The position numbers and the translations under genes are program-made. From assembly GCA_937920495.1 (NCBI GenBank), contig CALEUQ010000025.1, positions 2,174-66,173 on the forward strand: a stretch of 64,000 bases of DNA. Direction: 5' to 3'. The notes under the pieces are model-generated. The model was not told the DNA's origin, made no database searches, and was given only the letters and a program-made list of their open reading frames with translations. How positions within the stretch are numbered: position 1 is the stretch's first letter; each line of letters opens with the position of its first letter. Source of the DNA: an uncultured bacterium. GTDB lineage: Bacteria > Spirochaetota > UBA4802 > UB4802. Below are positions 10,625 through 19,858 of this stretch, piece by piece.

Positions 10625-12817
10625 ATGTACTTTGTCAGGTCCACACATTCTATATCAGGAGTTCTCACAATGTGGAAAATGTATATTGTATTCTTTCTGA
10701 TATTATTCCCTTCACAGCTTTTTGCAATACGTGTGAGTGATAGTTTTCCGGATAGTGTACCAGTGTATCTAAAGTATGTGGAAGATAGCAACAATAGCAT
10801 GTTGCTTGCTGATGTGATAAATTCCAACAGATGGAACACTTCCCAAACAGAAACAATAAATTTTGGATTTCCCGATAATTCCTACTGGTTTTCATTCACT
10901 ATAGATAATACCTCTCCATCAAAACATACCGCTTTATTGAGGATATCATACCCCATGATTGATTACATCGAGTTATACACACCTACCGGTAATGGTACAT
11001 ATAATAAAGAAATAGCTGGTGATAGTTTCCCGTTCCATCAAAGAAAAATGACAGATGTGGGATTTGTGTTTCAGGTAGATGTATACCCTGGCATCAATAA
11101 TTATTATTTTAAGATAAAAACAACAAGTTCATTAAATTTTACCGCAACACTATTTTCAATAAAAGGCTTTTTGCATCACCTCAATGTTGAACAACCTTTA
11201 ATCTGGATTTATTATGGCCTTATGATTATCATGGTAGTTTTTAATTTTTTTGTGTTTCTATCAATTAAAGATATCTCTTATTTTTTATATGTAATTTTTA
11301 TATCATCATGGATTTTTTTGCAGATGAGTCTAAACGGTTATGCGTATCAGTATCTGTGGCCCAACCAAATATGGTGGGGTAATAATTCCCTTCCTTTTTT
11401 CATGGCTTTAACTATTGTAAGTTGTGCTATTTTTTTACTGCGAGCAACGGATGTGTTGTGGACTAGTAAAAAAATTAAGGTACTCCACGCAGTGTTGATA
11501 ATTATTCCAGGATCAGTGATTTTGTTTTTAAGCCTGACTGTTCAATATAAATTAGCGATAAAGATTGCAACGGGTTTTACTATCTTTTCCGTATGCATAT
11601 TATTTCCTATGCAAGCATATGCATTGGTTAAAAAATCACGTATTGCCCGTTTCTTTGCGGTGGGATTTTTAGGATTATCTGTCGGAGTTTTGTTATATGC
11701 TTTAAAAACGTTTGGAATTTTACCTGCCAATTGGTTCACACAATGGGGTATACAAATGGGTTCAGCATTTGTTGTTTTGTTTTTGTCATTTGCATTGGCT
11801 GACAGAATAAACGTTATGCGCAGAGATATTGAGATTCTGTACGAAGGTAAAAAGATGAGTGAAGCGGAAGCACTACAGAAAGCAGCACACCTTGAAGCTA
11901 TAGTGAATGCCGTCAATGTTATATCAAATGATTTTATAATGGTCAGCAGAGAACTTGAATTAATAAGCAAAACATTTTCTGAAGTATCAGTGAAGCAGTG
12001 TGAAATAACAAAAAATATACATGAATCATTTTCAGATTTGCAAATGTCATTGAATAACCTGCATAAAGCATTGGAGGCACAAAAAAATGAAGGATTAAAA
12101 TCGCAGGATTATGTAGTAGGTATGGAACATGCAAATATAGCGCTAATTGAAGAAAATAAGCGATTTTTAAGTATTATTGAATCTATTGTTACAACCGGCA
12201 AGAATGCAGAAAATACGCTCAACACAATGATTGAAAATATGAATGTGTTACAACAGAGTAGTAATGAAATTGAACAGTTTATTGCAGTCATTGATGATAT
12301 TTCAGATAAAATAAATCTTCTTTCACTAAATGCATCCATTGAGGCAGCCAGGGCGGGTGAAGCCGGGAGAGGTTTTGCAGTTGTTGCTGATGAAATTGGG
12401 AAATTAGCACAGGCAACTGCTGAACAATCGCAAATGATAAGCTACCGTGTGAAAAGCATAGCCGGTGATATTAATAATAGTGTGGTACTGTCACAAGAAT
12501 CCAATGTAGCCCTGTCAAATATATTCTCATCAATTGCCACAGTAAGAGACGGGATTACTTCGTTTCAACAGGTTGTGACCAATCAAAGTCATGAACTTAA
12601 TAAAGTGAAGATGCAGGTTTTGCACATTGGTGATCTATCAGCTGATATATTGGAGCTATCGCAAAAGATAAATGATGTGATGTCTAAAACATTGGAATCA
12701 ATACACAATATTTCGGCAATGGCTGAGGAAATCGCAACTACAAACATTAAGGTTAAAGAATATTCTCGATCAATAAGTGAAAAATCCGCACGGCTCTCTG
12801 TACTTGTAAAAGGGTAA
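10625..12817 (+). CDS. 7TMR-DISM-linked methyl-accepting chemotaxis protein
   Basis: It has a signal peptide and an extracellular 7TMR-DISMED2-like domain, followed by 7 TM helices. The MCP signalling domain carries [28 protein letters not shown]. The probable start is Met at ~10669, preceded by AGGAG. Confidence 0.8.
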   Translation: MYFVRSTHSISGVLTMWKMYIVFFLILFPSQLFAIRVSDSFPDSVPVYLKYVEDSNNSMLLADVINSNRWNTSQTETINFGFPDNSYWFSFTIDNTSPSKHTALLRISYPMIDYIELYTPTGNGTYNKEIAGDSFPFHQRKMTDVGFVFQVDVYPGINNYYFKIKTTSSLNFTATLFSIKGFLHHLNVEQPLIWIYYGLMIIMVVFNFFVFLSIKDISYFLYVIFISSWIFLQMSLNGYAYQYLWPNQIWWGNNSLPFFMALTIVSCAIFLLRATDVLWTSKKIKVLHAVLIIIPGSVILFLSLTVQYKLAIKIATGFTIFSVCILFPMQAYALVKKSRIARFFAVGFLGLSVGVLLYALKTFGILPANWFTQWGIQMGSAFVVLFLSFALADRINVMRRDIEILYEGKKMSEAEALQKAAHLEAIVNAVNVISNDFIMVSRELELISKTFSEVSVKQCEITKNIHESFSDLQMSLNNLHKALEAQKNEGLKSQDYVVGMEHANIALIEENKRFLSIIESIVTTGKNAENTLNTMIENMNVLQQSSNEIEQFIAVIDDISDKINLLSLNASIEAARAGEAGRGFAVVADEIGKLAQATAEQSQMISYRVKSIAGDINNSVVLSQESNVALSNIFSSIATVRDGITSFQQVVTNQSHELNKVKMQVLHIGDLSADILELSQKINDVMSKTLESIHNISAMAEEIATTNIKVKEYSRSISEKSARLSVLVKG

Positions 12818-12880
12818 AATAATACTCTGCAAAAAAAGTTTTTGTTAGTATAAAAAAATAATATTTTTTTGTAAATATTG

Positions 12881-12908
12881 TTGACATACCATGTGCTAAA
12901 GCTAAAAT
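12881..12908 (+). promoter_or_regulatory. sigma70-like promoter (TTGACA, 16-nt spacer, TAAAAT) upstream of the HNH gene
   Basis: TTGACA lies at 12881-12886 and TAAAAT at 12903-12908, about 65 nt before the ATG at 12974. Confidence 0.45.
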
Positions 12909-12973
12909 TACGCCAATTTGTTAGGCAGGGTTTTTATTACCTGTAACGCTTTAGTGCGTGCAGGTGGTCCACT

Positions 12974-13540
12974 ATGATTGAATCTGAGGTATTGGTACTA
13001 AATGCAGGGTTTGTTCCCATCCGTATAACAACGGTAAAAGAGGCAATATGCCTGTTGCTTTCCGATAAGGCTGTGCCAGTCGTTGAAGAAGATACTTTTG
13101 TCCGCTCGCCTTCAATAGCAATTAAAGTTCCTTCTGTTATTGCAATTCTCAACTACCACCATCTCCCACGCCGCAAGGTAGTGTTTTCAAAGCTCAACGT
13201 TATTTACCGTGATGATATGCAATGCCAGTATTGTGGCAAGCGCTTCCAGATGAAGCACCTTACTGTTGATCATGTGATCCCTAAAAGCAGGTGGGAGGCA
13301 GTAACAGGCAAATCTTTGAAAGAAGGCTTTTCAAGCTGGCATAACTTAGTGTGTGCATGTAAGTGGTGTAACAATCAAAAAGGCAATAAGCTCATGCATG
13401 AGATAGGCTGGAGCCTGCTGCGTGAGCCTTTTGAGCCGGAGTATATTCCCTACATCATCGTAACTTTAGAAAAAGCAAAAAAGAAGGGGTGGCTCCCCTT
13501 CTGTGGGTTTAATGTCAAGGTTGTTGAGATGATCCCCTAA
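12974..13540 (+). CDS. HNH endonuclease family protein
   Basis: It has a CQYCGKRF...TVDHVIPKSRW...NLVCACKWCNNQKGN zinc-knuckle/HNH motif. Length is 188 aa. It is convergent with and overlaps the next gene. Confidence 0.8.
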   Translation: MIESEVLVLNAGFVPIRITTVKEAICLLLSDKAVPVVEEDTFVRSPSIAIKVPSVIAILNYHHLPRRKVVFSKLNVIYRDDMQCQYCGKRFQMKHLTVDHVIPKSRWEAVTGKSLKEGFSSWHNLVCACKWCNNQKGNKLMHEIGWSLLREPFEPEYIPYIIVTLEKAKKKGWLPFCGFNVKVVEMIP

Positions 13541-15462
13541 TGCAAGGTGGTATAATTCAAGAGTCCCCCTGCAATTAAAATTTTACGCTGCCTTTCTGTG
13601 GCAAGTAATGTGCACTCTATGGGTTTATTGTTAATTAATAGCGTTACAGTATTCCCTTTTTCTACCTGCTGTATGCAGTCTTTTATCAGGATACTATCGC
13701 CAACCTGTATGGCATCGTAATCAGATTCATTATTAAACACCAGTGGCAAAATGCCAAAGTTAATCAGATTTGCAGTATGAATGCGTTCAAACGATTTTGC
13801 CAGTACAATCTTTACGCCCAAGTATGCGGGACAGATTGCAGCATGCTCACGGCTTGAACCCTGACCGTAGCTTACACCACCAACGATTGCAGTTGCCATT
13901 CCCTTTTCTTTATATTCAAGTGCGCGAGTTGCAAATGAGCTATCGACCATTTCAAAGACATATTTTGCATATTCGGGAATATTGGAACGATATTTCAAAC
14001 GCTGACCAGCAGGCATGATGTGGTCGGTGGTAATCTTGTCGCCAACCTTTATGCCCACAATAGCATGTATGGTGTGTGGTAGTGCTTGAGTCTTTGGTGG
14101 TTGGCCAATATTAGGCCCTCTGAATACGGGTTCATCTGACTGAAATGGTGGTATTATCATAGAATCATCAATGATAAATGTTTTAGGTAATTGTATAGCA
14201 GGATAGGATTCTTTGGGCATGTCTAAAGGATTTACGAGCTTACCCTCAATGGCCGATAGCGCAGCGGTTTCAGGGCTTACCAGGTATACTTTAGCGTCTT
14301 TGGTGCCCGAACGCCCTTCAAAGTTGCGGTTGTTGGTGCGAAGTGACACACCGCCTGAAATGGGTGCACCCCCATTGCCGATGCAGAAACCGCAGGCAGA
14401 TTCCATAATGCGCACACCGCTTTCAATGATATCAGCCAGGTATCCCTCTTTTGCCAGCATGTGCAGTACCTGTTTGGAGCCAGGTGCCAGAATACAGCTA
14501 ACATGTGGATGGATCTTTTTGCCTTTTAGGATTTTTGCAACTGTAACAAGGTCCTTGTATGATGAGTTGGTACAGCTGCCAATGGCAACCTGATCAACCT
14601 TCATGCCTTTAATAGATTCAACAGTCACCACATTGTCAGGTGAATGCGGGCATGCAATCATTGGCTCTATGTTTGAAAGGTCAAGTTCAATAACTTTATC
14701 ATACAGCGCATCGTTATCGGGTAGAAGCTCTACAAAATCTTTTTCTCTACCCTGAGCTTTTAGAAATTCATGAGTAATTTCGTCACCTGGAAAAAGCGAT
14801 GTAGTTACACCTAATTCTGCACCCATGTTGGTAATGGTTGCCCGCTCAGGCACTGAAAGGTTTTTTATACCAGGACCTGTGTATTCAATAACATAGCCAA
14901 CATTACCTTTGGTGGTTAGTTTTTGAAGAATGGTAAGAATAATGTCCTTTGCGCTTACCCATGGTTTGAGCGTTCCAGTTAAATAAATGTTAATAACCTT
15001 TGGACAGGTAAGATAAAACAACCCGCCACCCATGGCAACTGCTACATCAAGGCCACCAGCACCAATGGCAAGCATCCCCATCCCACCGGCGGTTGGCGTA
15101 TGACTATCGGAGCCAAGAAGTGTTTTGCCTGGTTTTGCAAATCGCTCTAAATGTACTTGATGACAAATGCCATTGCCTGCCTTTGAATAATAAATTCCAT
15201 ATTTAGCATTCATGGTTTGCAGGTATTTGTGGTCATCGGCGTTTTCAAAGCCCATCTGCAATGTGTTGTGGTCAACATACGACACCGATACTTCGGTCTT
15301 AACACGATCAATGCCCATTGCTTCAAACTGCAGATAAGCCATGGTACCTGTTGCATCCTGCGTCAATGTCTGGTCAATAACAATACCAATTTCTTTGCCT
15401 GGTTCAAGTGTTCCTTCTTTGAGATGTGCCTGTAATATTTTATAGCATACCGAATATCCCAT
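13537..15462 (-). CDS. aconitase-family hydro-lyase (short fused catalytic + swivel form; aconitate hydratase / isopropylmalate-isomerase-like)
   Basis: It has Fe-S ligand-like Cys motifs (SCTNSSY, ESACGFCIGNGG) and a C-terminal swivel-domain motif (IVGGVSYGQGSSREHAA). Length is 641 aa. Confidence 0.7.
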   Translation of the reverse strand: MGYSVCYKILQAHLKEGTLEPGKEIGIVIDQTLTQDATGTMAYLQFEAMGIDRVKTEVSVSYVDHNTLQMGFENADDHKYLQTMNAKYGIYYSKAGNGICHQVHLERFAKPGKTLLGSDSHTPTAGGMGMLAIGAGGLDVAVAMGGGLFYLTCPKVINIYLTGTLKPWVSAKDIILTILQKLTTKGNVGYVIEYTGPGIKNLSVPERATITNMGAELGVTTSLFPGDEITHEFLKAQGREKDFVELLPDNDALYDKVIELDLSNIEPMIACPHSPDNVVTVESIKGMKVDQVAIGSCTNSSYKDLVTVAKILKGKKIHPHVSCILAPGSKQVLHMLAKEGYLADIIESGVRIMESACGFCIGNGGAPISGGVSLRTNNRNFEGRSGTKDAKVYLVSPETAALSAIEGKLVNPLDMPKESYPAIQLPKTFIIDDSMIIPPFQSDEPVFRGPNIGQPPKTQALPHTIHAIVGIKVGDKITTDHIMPAGQRLKYRSNIPEYAKYVFEMVDSSFATRALEYKEKGMATAIVGGVSYGQGSSREHAAICPAYLGVKIVLAKSFERIHTANLINFGILPLVFNNESDYDAIQVGDSILIKDCIQQVEKGNTVTLLINNKPIECTLLATERQRKILIAGGLLNYTTLH

Positions 15463-15478
15463 TGATACAACCTCTTTT

Positions 15479-16369
15479 TTATGTTGTGATAATTAATCGT
15501 AGCGCATCGCAAAAGTTTTTCAGATTTGCGTGTATTGTGTGTACACAACGAGCAGTATCAACATGCGTGTGTGCCTGTTCAACAAAAATTTTTAGTTTTG
15601 TTGCAATGTATGGGATATGTGCGGGATTGTAAAGTTGGCTGTACACATATATATTGGTATTGTGTAATGTGTGCGATAGTTTATTATGATACGCTGTTGG
15701 ATTTACAATGATGCAATTGCAGTTACACAGCATTGCTTCGTACACCGTGATGCCAAAGTGGGAGATGACCACCTTGCTTCGAGCAATAAGGTTTGAGTAA
15801 TGTGTGTCGTGTGCAATCCCGGTGTTTGTGGTAAGCGTAGTACCGTCGCTGCATACAAAGCTATGTGTGTTACCTATAATTTCACACAATGGCTTTGCAT
15901 CAAATGTGGATGCGTAGATAAAGCAGTCGATGTCTTTTGCAATAGCCTGTGGTGCAAGGGTGAGTGACTGGTAAAAATTATATCCATACAGAAAAAGTGG
16001 CACACTGGATTCAAAGGTATTGGCGGTGGTGCCGTAAATATTTGGCAAAAGGTCAATTGCTGCGTGTGCCAGAGAGCGACCCTCTCCACAGTCATCGATG
16101 ACAATAACAGGAGCTATCGCACTCAAATTTTCTATTTCTTCTTTTGATGAATCGCGCATATCTCGTATGATGCAATCCGTGTGTTGCGGGATACTATCGC
16201 ACACCATTACAGGAAAGCCTGAAGGAGCACTTACACCGTGTGTGTGGACCAGTGTAACAGGTATTCCATTATGTGAACAGTACCAGGCAAAAAGTAGCAT
16301 GCGCTGCCAGTGTCCCTGGCCTATATGTGGTCCTGAATCGGTTAATATTGTTATGTCCATGTTATTCAT
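15479..16369 (-). CDS. PseG-like UDP-sugar hydrolase (pseudaminic-acid pathway, GT28-C-like)
   Basis: The N-terminal TDSGPHIGQGHWQRMLLFA matches the PseG/SpsG signature S/TDSxxxIGxGHxxRxLxLA. It overlaps the upstream cytidylyltransferase gene by 8 nt. Confidence 0.6.
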   Translation of the reverse strand: MNNMDITILTDSGPHIGQGHWQRMLLFAWYCSHNGIPVTLVHTHGVSAPSGFPVMVCDSIPQHTDCIIRDMRDSSKEEIENLSAIAPVIVIDDCGEGRSLAHAAIDLLPNIYGTTANTFESSVPLFLYGYNFYQSLTLAPQAIAKDIDCFIYASTFDAKPLCEIIGNTHSFVCSDGTTLTTNTGIAHDTHYSNLIARSKVVISHFGITVYEAMLCNCNCIIVNPTAYHNKLSHTLHNTNIYVYSQLYNPAHIPYIATKLKIFVEQAHTHVDTARCVHTIHANLKNFCDALRLIITT

Positions 16370-17150
16370 GCGATGTCATTGGCTTTTGCTCTATGTGTGC
16401 GTTTATTGTAACAAGATCGGGATTTTTTTCCAGGAATGCTATCACATCGTTGAGTGTAAACACAGTGCCTTTGTACAGCGCGTCATAAATTGCTGATGCA
16501 AGAAGATAATCCTGGTAAGTGTCCACTGTTAAGCGAAGTGCAGGAAAAGGATTGGTGAATGTTATATCAAAATAATGAAGCTTAAATGCATCAGGATTTT
16601 CTTTTATGTAGGGAGTAACATGTTCAAAATGGTAGGGCTTTGTGCTTTCCATGTATGCAGCTTCAAGGGCTCGGGAAGAAATGATCTCAACGCCGGTACC
16701 AAGCGGTAGATTTTTTATTGCACAGAGGTCTGCATGTGCGTGTAGTGCTTCTTCAATAGCAACCTGTGCGTATAGGCTATCAGTAAAAGGATTGTCGGCG
16801 GTGATGCGCACAATATAGTTGCCATTATACTGCTTGTAGGCAAGGTAGTAGCGCTCAAGCACATTATGCAGGGGTCCACGGAATACATTGGTATTGCACT
16901 GTAGCGCAATATCAGCTAACTGGTCATTGTCTTCATCATCTGGGATGGCAACAACTACTGTGGATATATTTTGGATTGCATATGCGCGCTGAATGACATG
17001 GTATAAAAGCGGCTTACCAGCTAGTGGCAGTATGGATTTCCCCGGCAGGCGTGTTGACTGCATGCGTGCCTGTATGATTGCAGTGATGGTGATGTGGGAT
17101 GTAGTATTCATATTTTGATTATACAATGTTATGTTGTCATGATAAAACAA
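16362..17150 (-). CDS. acylneuraminate cytidylyltransferase family (SpsF/PseF-like)
   Basis: ITAIIQARMQSTRLPGKSILPLAGKPLL is the classic SpsF/CMP-NeuAc synthetase N-terminus. Confidence 0.75.
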   Translation of the reverse strand: MFYHDNITLYNQNMNTTSHITITAIIQARMQSTRLPGKSILPLAGKPLLYHVIQRAYAIQNISTVVVAIPDDEDNDQLADIALQCNTNVFRGPLHNVLERYYLAYKQYNGNYIVRITADNPFTDSLYAQVAIEEALHAHADLCAIKNLPLGTGVEIISSRALEAAYMESTKPYHFEHVTPYIKENPDAFKLHYFDITFTNPFPALRLTVDTYQDYLLASAIYDALYKGTVFTLNDVIAFLEKNPDLVTINAHIEQKPMTSHE

Positions 17151-17206
17151 TTTGATGCTATAGTATATAAAAAGATCTTTATTTCAAGAAAAATATGCAT
17201 AAGGTT

Positions 17207-17325
17207 CACGATTTATTCCGTGTATAAAATTTGTGAACATAATAATCATATTGTACACCCCGCCGCGGAAGGCGGCGGGGTGTACACCTTTTTATTGACA
17301 AAATATTTTTAAGTAATTATTAGTG
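17207..17325 (+). repeat. repeat family A, copy 1
   Basis: An AT-rich arm (cacgatttattcc...) is followed by a perfect 15-bp-stem GC hairpin (tgtacaccccgccgc-ggaag-gcggcggggtgtaca at 17252-17286), then a T-tract and a TTGACA-containing tail ending attattagtg. Highly similar copies lie at 46829-46951 and, inverted, at ~23340-23438. Confidence 0.8.
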
Positions 17326-17538
17326 CATAATTATGTTATTTTCTTATTGACTTTGCATATGAGGTATTGTTATTTTTATTTTGAATGCTGCATTTTAATA
17401 TGAATAACATAAAAAAGATGCTGGAAATAATTAAAACTGTTCTATTTTTAATTTCAAGGAAAAGTAGAAAGATGTTTGTAAATGTTTCAGAAGAAGATAT
17501 AATAAACAAAATAATGTGTTAGAGGGATCAATAGTTTT

Positions 17539-18342
17539 ATGATCAATACATTTGAAATTTATCAAAATTTGAAAGAAACTTTTGGTGAAAAAGAAGCGAC
17601 TGTATTGACCAATCTATTAATAAAGATATATAATGAAGTAAATCAATCGGTTACCAAAGAAGAATTCAACGAACTCAAAGAAGTAGTTAAAGAATTAGTG
17701 GAAGCACAAAAGCAAACAGAAGCACGAATAGGAGAATTGGCCGAAGCGCAGAGGAAGACAGAAGCGCGATTAGAAGAGCTGGTCGAGGCGCAGAGGAAGA
17801 CGGAAGCCCGAGTAGATACATTAGCTGCAAAGATGGAAGAATTGGCCGAAGCGCAACGAAAAACTGAAGAAGTAGTGAAAAATCTAATTATTGATGTAAA
17901 TGAGCTAAAAAAACAGGTTGGCGGGTTATCAATTACAGTTGGTTACGGAATAGAAGATAAGCTTATTCCTTATATGGATGATTTTGCGAATAATTACTAT
18001 GGGGTAATGCCAGAAGAAATAGAAAGAAAATATATACAGTATGAAGATGGTAATTATGATGAAATCAATCTTTATATAAGAGGCCAAAAAGACAACAAGG
18101 AAGTGTATATTATTGGTGAATGCAAAGCACAACCAGGGAAAAAAGATATTGATCGATTTGCAAAGCTAATGAAAAGAGTAGAAAAGCATTATAAAAAAGA
18201 TGTCTATGGATTTTTGGTTGGATATATGTTTCATCCAGATGTTGAAAGGTATTGTAAAGAGCACTATAACATTGATATGTTTAAAACCTATCAGGTGAAG
18301 CGAATAGCAATGCAGAAAAAAAATAAAAAAATAAGAAAGTGA
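17539..18342 (+). CDS. coiled-coil tandem-repeat protein with C-terminal restriction-endonuclease-like (PD-(D/E)xK-type) domain, unknown function
   Basis: It has four imperfect 11-aa repeats (EAQRKTEAR-L/V-E/D). These are encoded by GC-rich codons that are atypical for this genome. The C-terminus has a D...E-C-K arrangement (YIIGECKAQ) reminiscent of nuclease-fold DUFs. It is on the opposite strand to the flanking sugar genes. Confidence 0.35.
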   Translation: MINTFEIYQNLKETFGEKEATVLTNLLIKIYNEVNQSVTKEEFNELKEVVKELVEAQKQTEARIGELAEAQRKTEARLEELVEAQRKTEARVDTLAAKMEELAEAQRKTEEVVKNLIIDVNELKKQVGGLSITVGYGIEDKLIPYMDDFANNYYGVMPEEIERKYIQYEDGNYDEINLYIRGQKDNKEVYIIGECKAQPGKKDIDRFAKLMKRVEKHYKKDVYGFLVGYMFHPDVERYCKEHYNIDMFKTYQVKRIAMQKKNKKIRK

Positions 18343-18350
18343 AGTTAAAA

Positions 18351-19850
18351 TTACAAATTAAATGTATACCATTCATCACACTTATCACAATCAGGTTTTT
18401 TAGCTCTTTTTTCTTTGAAGTCTTCCACAAAATGTTCTCGTTGCTTTTGCCACATAGTGTTAAGATCATCAGTGTTGATGTTGCCGCGTTTTGATGCTCC
18501 GTCTATATCCTGCTTGCAGAATGCAACAGTACCATCGCTTAAGATATATAGATCCTGACGCAGATGCCAGCAAGGCTTGCGTTGTAGTGGTGTTAAATCT
18601 GAATAGCGCCTGTCTGTAATACGGCCTAAGTACGTATCTTGTTTTTGAAGAATAATAGGGATGGAATACTGTTCCCAATAATCGTAGTAATTATCTAAAA
18701 AGCTTTCAGTTTCATTTATTTTCATTATTTGAAGATAAAGATTGTTGTTAAGTTTGTTATGTTCCACAAGAATTTCTTTGAGTCTGAGTATGTTGTCATG
18801 GACTGTAGTGAAATAGTCAGCGTTGTGTAGCTTTTTGTAGCTTTCTGTATTGTGGGCATTAATATTTACAATAGTGGTTATTTTATTGCTGGCAAATGAA
18901 GCCAGCGCCGACGCATACCCTGTATCTGCATATATCCCGTTTGTTTCAACAACAATGGTATGTATCAGTTCTTCATTGTTGCATAGCTCCAGCGCCTTGT
19001 AAAATTGCGGATGTTCCAGCGGCTCGCCACTTCCGCCAAAGCACACTGCATAGGGACTGTCGAACACACGCATTTTCTGTAAAAGCATGTGCAGGGTTGA
19101 TAATTCCATAATGCCATGCGTGGGCGATAGTATCTTGCGATAACAGAATATGCAATCAAGAGTGCACTGCCCGCATAATTCAATTTCAACGTAGGAAGGT
19201 GTGGTGAAAAGAACTTCAGGGTGGCTGTTAATTATTTCCTGCAACGATTCGTATGAGGGAGTTTGGTTGGTAATAGCAATAATATTTTGCATTACGAGAC
19301 GGTCACGGATGTTGCCAGCTCTAAAGTTTACTCTATGCCAGCGCAAATCCGGTTCTTTATAGTAAAGCTCCACATCAAACTGATTAAGGTTTTTTTTGAC
19401 AATATCGCCGAGTGAGTCAGACAGTGTGGGGTTTGCAAGCGGATTTTCAAGAATTGATTTTGATATAATTTCACACGCATAGCCTGAGGGCACGTTGTAG
19501 GAAAATGTAAAATCGGAAAGATATGTAATATGGGTATCAAGCATTTCGGCCACTATAGAAGCCTGAAAAAAAGGTGCATCAGCAGGTATTTTTATTATGT
19601 GTTGCGCTCCGGTTTTTTCAAATATCTGATGCCAGATTTCTGGAGTATCGGTACCGGAATATGTAAAAACTGAAGCAGCCTGCTGCAATTTCCCCGTATA
19701 TGTTTCTGGTATGCAGTAATGGATGGATGCAACAGCACTCAAGGGTTGCAATGCAGTGTTGATAATATCAGGGATAAACTGCCCGTTGAATGTTAATGGT
19801 TTATCATCTTTTATTGAGCTATCAACAAAGATCAGGGCTTGCGTATTCAC
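18351..19850 (-). CDS. radical SAM protein with C-terminal SPASM/twitch-like Cys cluster and ~220-aa N-terminal extension
   Basis: The CGQCTLDCIFC stretch contains CxxxCxxC. The C-terminal cysteines (CWHL...AFC...CDKCDEW) indicate an auxiliary cluster. Confidence 0.7.
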   Translation of the reverse strand: MNTQALIFVDSSIKDDKPLTFNGQFIPDIINTALQPLSAVASIHYCIPETYTGKLQQAASVFTYSGTDTPEIWHQIFEKTGAQHIIKIPADAPFFQASIVAEMLDTHITYLSDFTFSYNVPSGYACEIISKSILENPLANPTLSDSLGDIVKKNLNQFDVELYYKEPDLRWHRVNFRAGNIRDRLVMQNIIAITNQTPSYESLQEIINSHPEVLFTTPSYVEIELCGQCTLDCIFCYRKILSPTHGIMELSTLHMLLQKMRVFDSPYAVCFGGSGEPLEHPQFYKALELCNNEELIHTIVVETNGIYADTGYASALASFASNKITTIVNINAHNTESYKKLHNADYFTTVHDNILRLKEILVEHNKLNNNLYLQIMKINETESFLDNYYDYWEQYSIPIILQKQDTYLGRITDRRYSDLTPLQRKPCWHLRQDLYILSDGTVAFCKQDIDGASKRGNINTDDLNTMWQKQREHFVEDFKEKRAKKPDCDKCDEWYTFNL

Positions 19851-19858
19851 GTGATTTC

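Noticed and set aside
17295-17300. TTGACA inside repeat family A as a functional promoter
   Set aside because: No convincingly spaced -10 hexamer follows (candidates taagta/tattag are poor or mis-spaced). It is kept only as a hypothesis in the repeat finding.
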